A stretch of 64,000 nt of DNA from a virus. The position numbers and the translations under genes are program-made. Where the stretch lies: IMG/VR virus record IMGVR_UViG_3300032268_001078, positions 32,001 to 96,000 of that record. One strand, written 5' to 3'. The first letter of the stretch is position 1; every line of letters begins with the position of its first letter. The notes under the pieces are model-generated. The model was not told the DNA's origin. It made no database searches and saw only the letters and a program-made list of their open reading frames with translations. Of this stretch, positions 56,028-64,000 are shown in pieces.

Positions 56028-56891
56028 TTAGTTTTCCCAAGGAAGATCACTGTTGTCTTCGTCTTCTTTAAATGGTGATTTAAGAGTTGATTCTGTGAAA
56101 AGAGCATCAAATTCATCTTCATTGAAATTTGATTTTTTCTTTACTGGAGTAGCATAATCAGTAACTACTGAATTTGTTGTTTCAACAGCTGTTTCAGCAG
56201 TTGCTTCTTCAGTTGCTTCTTCTGGGTTCATCCAATTTAATAAAATAGTTTTCATTTCTTCATAATCCATTTTCTTATATAAAGATAAAAGATCATTTTG
56301 TTCAGAAATCCATTGTTTTACTTTGGTTGAATCTTCACTTAATGGAGTTTGTTTAGTACGAGGACGAACAGTTGACTTATTAAATTTAGTTCCAGTTACA
56401 TCTGGTCCTACAGTTTCAATAGTAATGTCACGACCTTCATAGATGTCTGAAAAATCCCCAATGTCTTCATCAGCAGCCATACTTAATAATTCTTGATAAA
56501 TTTCTTTACCAAACTCCCAATAACGAACACCTTTTTCTTCTTCACCTCTTACAATAACAGGAACGAAGACACGCATTTTAGGTTCAATTTTTTTAGCTAG
56601 TAACCAATTTTCTTTGTCACCAGATTTACGAAGTTGACCAGCAAACTCAACAATTGGATCTTTTTCACCCCAGTTAGTTAAAGCAACCATAGAACGGTTA
56701 GCTACACCATAGTGAAAATACACCTCTTTAAATGGGTTTGTTTTGTCAAATTTAGAAGGAACAATACGAATTAATTGTTTACCAATTGTTGGTTTCCAAT
56801 AATTTTTTGCTCGTTCTTCTTTGTTGTTGTTACCACCTTTACCTTTATTTTGTAAGGTATTCAAGCGATTTTTGATTTGATTAATATCCAT
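56028..56891 (-). CDS. Single-stranded DNA-binding protein (gp32-like)
   Basis: WKP...IRIVP, aromatic OB pattern, GRD, acidic tail ending DLPWEN. Confidence 0.8.
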   Translation of the reverse strand: MDINQIKNRLNTLQNKGKGGNNNKEERAKNYWKPTIGKQLIRIVPSKFDKTNPFKEVYFHYGVANRSMVALTNWGEKDPIVEFAGQLRKSGDKENWLLAKKIEPKMRVFVPVIVRGEEEKGVRYWEFGKEIYQELLSMAADEDIGDFSDIYEGRDITIETVGPDVTGTKFNKSTVRPRTKQTPLSEDSTKVKQWISEQNDLLSLYKKMDYEEMKTILLNWMNPEEATEEATAETAVETTNSVVTDYATPVKKKSNFNEDEFDALFTESTLKSPFKEDEDNSDLPWEN

Positions 56892-56912
56892 AACTTTCTT
56901 AATTTCTAATAT

Positions 56913-56941
56913 AGTATAATAAAACTCTTATATAAAACCAA
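56913..56941 (-). promoter_or_regulatory. Sigma70-type promoter
   Basis: TTGGTT-N17-TATACT. Confidence 0.7.
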
Positions 56942-56943
56942 AG

Positions 56944-57333
56944 TTATATATAAATTATTTTATAAATTTTTGTATTTATTATTCTTAAATCGTCGCCTTG
57001 TGTTAATAATACACTATTTTGATAATCAGGCCAATTTACTTTAAAATTAGAATCTATTTTTCCTTCATTTAAAGATTTTATTAATGTGTTTAAAGCATTT
57101 ATTGTGTAAAGGGTGTTAGACTCTTTTTTTCTGTGTAATAAAATTGTATTATCAGGAATTGTATCTAAAGGCTTATCCATATCAATATTATATGTAATTA
57201 AATATTCTGTAGTTTGGGAACTTTCTAAAATAAATAATTTATTATATAATATAGAATAACGAGAAGTTATCATCGCTATTGTTTCAGGTAAAAAATCATG
57301 TGCAGTAAAACTACAAAATAGCTTATTCTTCAT
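56944..57333 (-). CDS. Conserved hypothetical phage protein
   Basis: LHRKKESNTLYTINALN motif; start re-assigned to MKNK. Confidence 0.6.
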   Translation of the reverse strand: MKNKLFCSFTAHDFLPETIAMITSRYSILYNKLFILESSQTTEYLITYNIDMDKPLDTIPDNTILLHRKKESNTLYTINALNTLIKSLNEGKIDSNFKVNWPDYQNSVLLTQGDDLRIINTKIYKIIYI

Positions 57334-57370
57334 ATCAATCTCAGTATTACCCATAAATATTGAAGATAAA

Positions 57371-58657
57371 TTAAAATGCATAGTTATTTCCCCTTTTCAT
57401 TTTTGTTATAAACCCGGTTGATTCTAATATTTGTTTTATTTCTTTTACTGTTTCTATTCCATCTTCTTTATTAAAATCAAGAAGAATACTGTCATATGTG
57501 TATAATATAATAGATGATTGTTTATTTTCCAAATATTTTAAAACTTTTTTTAAGAGTTCTACATTTGATTTAGTTTCTAAAGACTGAATATAATAGTTAA
57601 ATATTTTAGTTGGAGATAAATCATCTTGTTTATGTAATATTCTACCAGTGGCAAGTTTTACTTTTCCTTCTTGTTGGTAAATATTCCATAGTTTTTTGAT
57701 TAATCCATTAATTTGTCCAAAGAATGGTTTGTCTCTGTTTTCTTGTTTAACACCTCCATAGATGTTTTTGAACGTAATCTCCTTTGCTTCTTCAACTGAT
57801 ACGCCGAGTAATTGCGATAAATGATCATAAGGAGTGGAAGTCCAGCGAAAACCAATAATTGAAGCGATAAGAGAAGGATGGTAGGCAGTGAAGTCATATT
57901 CTATAAAATAGTCGTTTGATGGTATTAAAGCCGTTCTAGCACCAGTATCTTTAGGTAAAGCAGCAAAATTAATATTATTAAATGTATTACTAGGACGAGT
58001 TGTTAAATTATAAAGATTGTATGAAGTATGTATTTTATTTTTACTGATAGAATAATCTTCAAACTGTGGTTCAAAATGATTATTAAATTTAATAGGTGTA
58101 AATTTTATTCCAATTTGTTCGATTTGTCTAAATACGCCTGTGTAAGTATTATCAAACCAAGTATTTATTTTTCCATCTAAATATGGTTTTATGTGTTCAA
58201 ATACTTTTTCCCACTTTTCAAGGTGTTTAACCACTGGGATAATATTGTTAATATTGTTTCTAAAATAATGTTCTCGATAAAAATGGGTATGAGCAGGTGT
58301 ATCATGTTCAGATGGTTTAATGGTTTTATTTGTTTTATTTAAAGCTTTAAATTGAATGTCACTTACTGTTAAAGTTGATGGTAAAAAATAATCATGAAAT
58401 TTTTTATCTAGTACATAAATTATATTATGTTTTTTTAAAAATTCTAAAACATCTTCAATATCTAAATTGAATGTTTCTGAATGATTAATGGGAAATATGT
58501 ATCCTTTTGAATTAAGACATCTATAGTATATAGAACTTACATTTGTAAGTTTGGGATGATAATTATCATTTCCTGGGATTATTTGAATAAAACAACTATC
58601 AGTACAATGTTCATGTAATCTAAATAATTGTTCTTTTGTTTCTATAATTGCGTGCAT
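57371..58657 (-). CDS. Compact family A DNA polymerase-like protein
   Basis: YNLYNLTTRPS, motif A YDFTAYHP, motif B AKEITFKNIYG, FNYYIQ, motif C YDSILLD. Confidence 0.75.
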   Translation of the reverse strand: MHAIIETKEQLFRLHEHCTDSCFIQIIPGNDNYHPKLTNVSSIYYRCLNSKGYIFPINHSETFNLDIEDVLEFLKKHNIIYVLDKKFHDYFLPSTLTVSDIQFKALNKTNKTIKPSEHDTPAHTHFYREHYFRNNINNIIPVVKHLEKWEKVFEHIKPYLDGKINTWFDNTYTGVFRQIEQIGIKFTPIKFNNHFEPQFEDYSISKNKIHTSYNLYNLTTRPSNTFNNINFAALPKDTGARTALIPSNDYFIEYDFTAYHPSLIASIIGFRWTSTPYDHLSQLLGVSVEEAKEITFKNIYGGVKQENRDKPFFGQINGLIKKLWNIYQQEGKVKLATGRILHKQDDLSPTKIFNYYIQSLETKSNVELLKKVLKYLENKQSSIILYTYDSILLDFNKEDGIETVKEIKQILESTGFITKMKRGNNYAF

Positions 58658-58669
58658 AACCTTTCATAT

Positions 58670-58702
58670 AATATAATAAAAAAGGCTTGGAAAACCAAGC
58701 CT
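58670..58702 (-). promoter_or_regulatory. Sigma70-type promoter with overlapping terminator hairpin
   Basis: Identical to 32660-32692. Confidence 0.78.
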
Positions 58703-58710
58703 CTTTAATA

Positions 58711-60591
58711 TTATGATAATCCACCTGGCCTTTTGGCTGGATCTTTGTCTCGATCTGCTACAAATTTATCTATTTTACTTGCAGCTGCAAAAATAATATT
58801 TGCTAGTTTATTTCTGTCTTGAGTTATTTTTCCGTTTGGATCAATAAATGGTAAGATACTAAAAATTAAATCAGCAAATTCTCTTCTATCGTTGATGTTT
58901 TGTAAATGTTGTGCTAAAGACTTAGTTGCTTCAATAGCATTAGCTGAAAAATTAGTATCAGGTGTAAAAGTTGAATAGTCTTCTTGTACTGTTGTTTGTG
59001 CTGCTTTTGCTGCTTGTTTTTGTTTACCTTTTAACATATTAGCAATAGCAAACAATGCTGATTTTAAACTTGCTTTGTCTTTTCTTAAATTAGCACTAAC
59101 AAATTGACTCATTTGTAAAATTAAATCTCTAAAATCATCAGCAGTATCAATCTTTCCTAATGCTGTTTTTACAGGTGTTGATTGTTCAATATCATTTTTA
59201 ACTGTTTTTACATCAGGAGGAAGTGGTTTTCCATCTACTCCGGTTGGTACTTCTGGTTTTTTGTCTTTATCAGCTGTTGGTTCAGTTGTGTTTATTGGTT
59301 CATCTATAATAGCTGGGTTTTCTTTGGTAGATTCAACATCTTTTAATGATTGATAAAGATCATTCAATGTAGCTGCTCTTGAACTTTTTCTTCCTTTTAG
59401 TCTAGCTAATGCTGTTACAGCACTACCTGCTACTAAAGCAACACCTAATCCACTAGCAACAGTTCCTAACCAACTTCCTGCTGCTGTTGCGCCTTTTTTC
59501 AATAAAATTTTTCCTAAAGATCTAGTTACTAACATGTCTCCAGGACTAGCACCAGTTCCAGCAAATTTACCTTTAAAGAAATCTCCTAAAGTTTTGCTTC
59601 CATCTGCTTTAGTTAATGCTGCTAGAGCTTGACGACCTTGATCTGGATCTTTAAACATTCCATTGTCTGCTGTTAGTCTATCTAGTCCTTCTTTATAGTT
59701 TCCTTCACCAATTTTAGTAATGTGTTCTTTTACATCATCTAAAGAAGCATTTGGACCTAATTGAGGTAAATTCCAATTTTTAGCGGCATTAATTCTATTT
59801 AAAGTTTGAGTTAATCCTTCACCTTTTAATACAGATATTAAATCAGCTTTGTCTTTAAGTAAATCTAATAACCAACTTACTCCACCTAGTGCTCCACCAA
59901 CACCAAATAAAGCTAAAGGTAAATTCCAAGAACGAAGTGTTTTCATTCTATAAGAATCAAATTTTTCTTCACCTTTTCTTCTTTGTAGTAGTTTTTTAGC
60001 ATCTCCTTTACTGTAATTGTCAGTGTCTCCAATTTTTTCTCTTTCTGCTTCGTTTGTTACTGAATATGCTGCTTTTACTTGTCTATCTAATATATCTTTT
60101 ACATATTCTCTTAAATCGGCAATAACAACATTTGCAGCATCAACAGGCATATATTCTTTATCTTCAGGATCTTTTTCAGTAGCATCTACAATACTGTCAT
60201 ATATTTTAGCAATTTCTAAACAACTTTTTAAAAAATCTCGTGCTGATTCATTATTTGGGAATTCAGAATTATATTGTTTAATTCCAGCATCAATTTTTCT
60301 AATAATATCGTTACCTTCTTTTGCTAAAATATCATCGATTTTTTTAATAGCTTCTTGATCTACTTTACCTTTACCAAAAATCTTTCCATTAGCTTTATAT
60401 CTACCTAATTTACTTAAATAGTATTTTGCTTTTTCCCATAAACTTTCATTTAAAGTACCTTCTTTTAATAAAGGATAGCTTTCATTTAACCAAACAATAA
60501 AATCTTCTTTAACAGTTTCAAGAGTTTCTTCTTTCTTAAGACCTGCTAACTTTTGCATTTTTATTACGTCTTCGTTTAATAATTTTTTCAT
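58711..60591 (-). CDS. Hypothetical protein, probable head-packaged/ejected protein with hydrophobic helices
   Basis: LLNE..KMQKLAG N-terminus, repeated L/V-x-E; two G/A-rich hydrophobic segments. Confidence 0.5.
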   Translation of the reverse strand: MKKLLNEDVIKMQKLAGLKKEETLETVKEDFIVWLNESYPLLKEGTLNESLWEKAKYYLSKLGRYKANGKIFGKGKVDQEAIKKIDDILAKEGNDIIRKIDAGIKQYNSEFPNNESARDFLKSCLEIAKIYDSIVDATEKDPEDKEYMPVDAANVVIADLREYVKDILDRQVKAAYSVTNEAEREKIGDTDNYSKGDAKKLLQRRKGEEKFDSYRMKTLRSWNLPLALFGVGGALGGVSWLLDLLKDKADLISVLKGEGLTQTLNRINAAKNWNLPQLGPNASLDDVKEHITKIGEGNYKEGLDRLTADNGMFKDPDQGRQALAALTKADGSKTLGDFFKGKFAGTGASPGDMLVTRSLGKILLKKGATAAGSWLGTVASGLGVALVAGSAVTALARLKGRKSSRAATLNDLYQSLKDVESTKENPAIIDEPINTTEPTADKDKKPEVPTGVDGKPLPPDVKTVKNDIEQSTPVKTALGKIDTADDFRDLILQMSQFVSANLRKDKASLKSALFAIANMLKGKQKQAAKAAQTTVQEDYSTFTPDTNFSANAIEATKSLAQHLQNINDRREFADLIFSILPFIDPNGKITQDRNKLANIIFAAASKIDKFVADRDKDPAKRPGGLS

Positions 60592-60614
60592 GATATTATA
60601 ATGATAAATATGTA

Positions 60615-61232
60615 TTATCTTTCAACTTCAGCATATAAAAGCAAATCAGTTAAATAACTTGATAGTCCAGGTATTGATTGTTCGGCTTGTTGTATTGATC
60701 TTTTATTTGAGTCTATAATACCCCCTCTTATAAGAATATTATTTTGTTTTTCATCAAATAAGGGTCCTCGTATTTTCCACAATACTTCACTAAACCAATA
60801 ATAGTCTTTATCTATAGAATTAACAATACTAAAATACTCATTTTTACTGGTTTCTCCAAATGTTAAACCACTTGAAAGTTTATATCTAAAAATATATCTT
60901 GTATAGTAACTTATATTATAATCGTCTTGAGATGGAGGTAAACTATTATTTTTTGGAAGTTTAATAGTATTTATAGAACTTCTAGTTTTTTTTAATAAAT
61001 CATCATATTCTGCTGGTGTAGCTTCATAAGTGTTTATTGAAGGATCTATAGTTGTGTTGGGTGGTTGACTTAAACTTAGTGAGTTTATTGTGTGAGTTTT
61101 TTCAGTCCATATACCACCGTATAAATCTCTATGATAATAACCAACATAATTTATTCCTGTAGATTGAATTATAAATTCTCCACCATCTGTGTAGTAAACT
61201 GTTGGGTCTAGTTTGCCTAAAGGAATATACAT
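60615..61232 (-). CDS. Hypothetical protein, probable baseplate-region gene
   Basis: YTDGGEF..YVGYYH motif; coupled to the large upstream ORF. Confidence 0.45.
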   Translation of the reverse strand: MYIPLGKLDPTVYYTDGGEFIIQSTGINYVGYYHRDLYGGIWTEKTHTINSLSLSQPPNTTIDPSINTYEATPAEYDDLLKKTRSSINTIKLPKNNSLPPSQDDYNISYYTRYIFRYKLSSGLTFGETSKNEYFSIVNSIDKDYYWFSEVLWKIRGPLFDEKQNNILIRGGIIDSNKRSIQQAEQSIPGLSSYLTDLLLYAEVER

Positions 61233-64000
61233 TATTTTATATTAAATGTTCTTTTAATAAAGTTATTTTTTAAAGTTTGATCTCTTTTATTATCATTTAA
61301 ATCAACCGTGAATGTATTCATCCAACTTTTATAAATATTAATTTGATTAGCAGCATCCGATGCAAATAGATTATTTCCAGTTTGTTTTACTTTATAGTGA
61401 AACATCATAGATTTAGAAGCACTAATGTCAAAAGCTGAACCATTGAAAATAGGTGTAAATGATGTTAATGGTGTTCTATTAGGTAACAACAAACCATAGT
61501 ATGTACTTTTTAATTGATTTCCTATATTCCTACCTCCAATAATACTTTCAAGATTTTTTCTAAGTAATATATAATCTATTACATCAGCTGTTGTTCCTGT
61601 TCGTTTTTTTATTACATTTCCTCCTATAAAAAATGGATAATAATAAAATATATCAATATTTTGTGCTATTTTTTGTTGAATATCAACTATTGTATTAAAA
61701 TATTTATTGCTTGAATCTGTTTTAGCTAATTCTTTTAAAACATTAATATAAGTTGTGTCTGATGTTATTTTTGTATTTAATATATTTGTACTTCTATTAA
61801 CTTCTTCTCGTTCAACCCATTTTTGAAAAAAACCAAAAAACTGATCTATTCCATAGTTTTTAGTAAGTACAGTTCCATTATCTTGAGAAAACCCTATTGC
61901 TGTGTCTCCACTTCCTATTCTTGTGTAGTTATATTCAAAGTGTTCTTTAGTTAGTAGTGATTTCCATGAAGTATAACCAAAATACGGATCTAAAGTAGCG
62001 GATGTTTGATTTGGTCGTGAAAAACTTTCTAAAATTGCTGAAAATGAACTTCCTTCCTGACTTACTGAGAATAATAATAATGATTTAAATGCTTGATATT
62101 CAAGAAAATCTATAAGTACTGGGTATAATAATGCTAATTTTATACCTTCTCCTACAAATGATTCAAATCCTTTTCTAGTGATATTATTTGATAAAACATG
62201 TTTTCCATCAGCATTATAAAATTTACTATCATCTAAAATACAAATTTGAGTTTCTAAACTAGTTTCCCAATCATTTTTAGTTAAAGTATGACTAATATCT
62301 GTAATAACAAAACCTAAATTTTTATCAATATAATTTTTAGGTAAAACATTAGGATTAACTTTGAATATTTGACCTACTACAATTCCTCCAATTCCATCTA
62401 ATGTTATTTTTAATTTAAAGGGAATTAGTGCTTTAAAATTTAATTCTCCATCAAATCTTAATAAAAACTGTTTTAAAAATGTGTATGGAATAGTTCCATT
62501 AGTTTGAGTCTCAATTTCAAACTTTTTAGTTGAATCTCCAATTACATAATCCTTTAAATAAAGCAAAAAATCAAATGTTTTTTGATAAATAGGATCAGTT
62601 GCACTTCCATCTGGTTGGGTAATTTCTTCTCCTTGCCATTTTTGTAAAGCTATTCTATCTGTTAAACCAGCATTTAAATAAACTTGTGTAGAGTTATAAA
62701 CATCTCCTAAATTTGCACGACTTTGTGCAGCAATTGCTATAATAGTTGATTGTTCGGGGAATATTTGTGATTCTATTGATACATTTCTACAAATACTTCC
62801 TAATCCCATTAAATCAAACTCATATTTAGGTTTAGCATTTCTTTCTAAATAATAAAGATCTATTAGTTTTATTTGATTTTGATCTCTTCCTATAGTACTT
62901 AAACCAAAGTTATTAAGACCACCCATAGCATTTGATATTTTTTTTAAAATACTATTAACATATGTCATAAAATTAACACCATCATCACTAGTATTATTTT
63001 TAATAGATTTATATTCACCCAATAATAAACTTAAATTAACAAAAATATTTCCAATATAACCAGCTTTTAAATTATCATCATAAAACTCAGGTAAATTTCT
63101 AGGATTTCCATTAGCATCTGTAACTTGTGGTTGAATACCTGGACCTGTATATGATCCTAAATTAAGATAACTTAATTCAGTACTAAATGCTTTTGAATTT
63201 CTTACTATACAAATACTAGGATCAGTAGATATAGTATCAGATCCTGCTAAACATAAGTCAGAATTAGTAAATGTATCATCTTTAGGAGGAATAATTTTAA
63301 TTAAATAATCAGTTTTTGTTGTTTTATTATTAGTTGTTTTAAAGTTAAAATAAGCAGCCATAATAGCAAACCAAACATCTAAACTTATATATTCATAATA
63401 TGTTCCATTATCAGAAGCATTTTCTTTAGACTCATTATTTACTATATTTTGAAGTAATGGTTGATTATCCAAATATTTAGCATACTTATCAAAATCAGCT
63501 GTTATTAATTTTGCTTTAATATCTTCAATAGGAATAGCATTTTCAGCTGCTCTCCAAGTTCCTCTATATTCGTCTTCATTAATAGCATAAACCTTATCAC
63601 CATCTGTATTATATATTTTTTCTAAATAGGGAAAGTTTTTTGTTTCTGATAAGAATTTTAATGATAATAGTATATTTTCATATTCATCATATGAGTATGA
63701 CTTAATTGATGGATCATTTATATTAAATGTACCAATATTTTTAGTATTATTTGAATTAACTGATATTTTTAAGCTATTTATAACTTCTCCCATTGAAATA
63801 AGAGTAGTTTGACATTCATAACCACCATTAGACATCATTTTCCAACTAAAGTTTTTAATGTAACCTAACATTCCATCATAGTTGTGGCGATATTTTACTC
63901 TTAAGGTTTCTAATTTATCATAAACATCTTGTTGAGATAAGTTGTCAAAAGGATTAATAGTTATACCATTAAAAACCTGAGATTTTATTTTGTCTGAGGT
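61232..64000 (-). CDS. Large virion protein (baseplate hub/tail-like), 5'-truncated by window
   Basis: Frame stays open from 63871 to 64000; NYDGM.G...NFSW...GGY.C and IPF....TLDGIGG..GQ.F....LP motifs. Confidence 0.55.
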   Translation of the reverse strand, partial: TSDKIKSQVFNGITINPFDNLSQQDVYDKLETLRVKYRHNYDGMLGYIKNFSWKMMSNGGYECQTTLISMGEVINSLKISVNSNNTKNIGTFNINDPSIKSYSYDEYENILLSLKFLSETKNFPYLEKIYNTDGDKVYAINEDEYRGTWRAAENAIPIEDIKAKLITADFDKYAKYLDNQPLLQNIVNNESKENASDNGTYYEYISLDVWFAIMAAYFNFKTTNNKTTKTDYLIKIIPPKDDTFTNSDLCLAGSDTISTDPSICIVRNSKAFSTELSYLNLGSYTGPGIQPQVTDANGNPRNLPEFYDDNLKAGYIGNIFVNLSLLLGEYKSIKNNTSDDGVNFMTYVNSILKKISNAMGGLNNFGLSTIGRDQNQIKLIDLYYLERNAKPKYEFDLMGLGSICRNVSIESQIFPEQSTIIAIAAQSRANLGDVYNSTQVYLNAGLTDRIALQKWQGEEITQPDGSATDPIYQKTFDFLLYLKDYVIGDSTKKFEIETQTNGTIPYTFLKQFLLRFDGELNFKALIPFKLKITLDGIGGIVVGQIFKVNPNVLPKNYIDKNLGFVITDISHTLTKNDWETSLETQICILDDSKFYNADGKHVLSNNITRKGFESFVGEGIKLALLYPVLIDFLEYQAFKSLLLFSVSQEGSSFSAILESFSRPNQTSATLDPYFGYTSWKSLLTKEHFEYNYTRIGSGDTAIGFSQDNGTVLTKNYGIDQFFGFFQKWVEREEVNRSTNILNTKITSDTTYINVLKELAKTDSSNKYFNTIVDIQQKIAQNIDIFYYYPFFIGGNVIKKRTGTTADVIDYILLRKNLESIIGGRNIGNQLKSTYYGLLLPNRTPLTSFTPIFNGSAFDISASKSMMFHYKVKQTGNNLFASDAANQINIYKSWMNTFTVDLNDNKRDQTLKNNFIKRTFNIK

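Noticed and set aside
6015-60358. Plus-strand ORFs in the track (e.g. 19946-20314, 26749-27171, 60017-60358)
   Set aside because: Short antisense shadows of well-supported minus-strand genes or tRNAs, with no motifs or promoters
1-64000. Alternative genetic code (stop recoding), as in some jumbo and crAss-like phages
   Set aside because: Genes are full length under code 11; TAG (e.g. 2285) and TGA (ATGA overlaps) act as stops; coding density is high
1-64000. Bacterial chromosome or prophage origin
   Set aside because: Single-strand phage gene organisation, T4-like replisome, no housekeeping or ribosomal genes, no integrase

Overview
AT-rich 64 kb segment of a large T4-like (jumbo) phage genome. 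Every credible gene lies on the minus strand and uses the standard code. The host is probably Bacteroidota, inferred from a T9SS C-terminal sorting domain, lipoproteins, D-S/T O-glycosylation sequons and the lack of Shine-Dalgarno motifs. In coordinate order the window holds: a ~14 kb nucleotide-sugar/glycosyltransferase island; an exonuclease and clamp-loader genes with homing endonucleases; a tRNA cluster; a lysis cassette; a ~6.5 kb cell-surface module (CsgG-like lipoprotein, cohesin/dockerin-like and T9SS cargo proteins, HExxH peptidase); GroES/GroEL; sliding clamp; family B DNA polymerase; a repeat-rich tail-fibre-like protein; a 7-deazaguanine pathway (folE, queD, queE, queC and a divergent TGT/DpdA-like gene) mixed with thyX and dcd/dut; class II ribonucleotide reductase; helicase; 5'-3' exonuclease; RecA/UvsX; SSB; a compact PolA-like protein; and virion-type genes. 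The tRNA cluster includes aberrant and chimeric tRNA-like elements and a DIP1984-like gene followed by an unannotated ~177 nt structured RNA with periodic repeats. The leading candidates for undescribed systems are this protein+repeat-RNA cassette and the phage-encoded surface-assembly module. All family calls come from motif recognition by eye; no database search was run.
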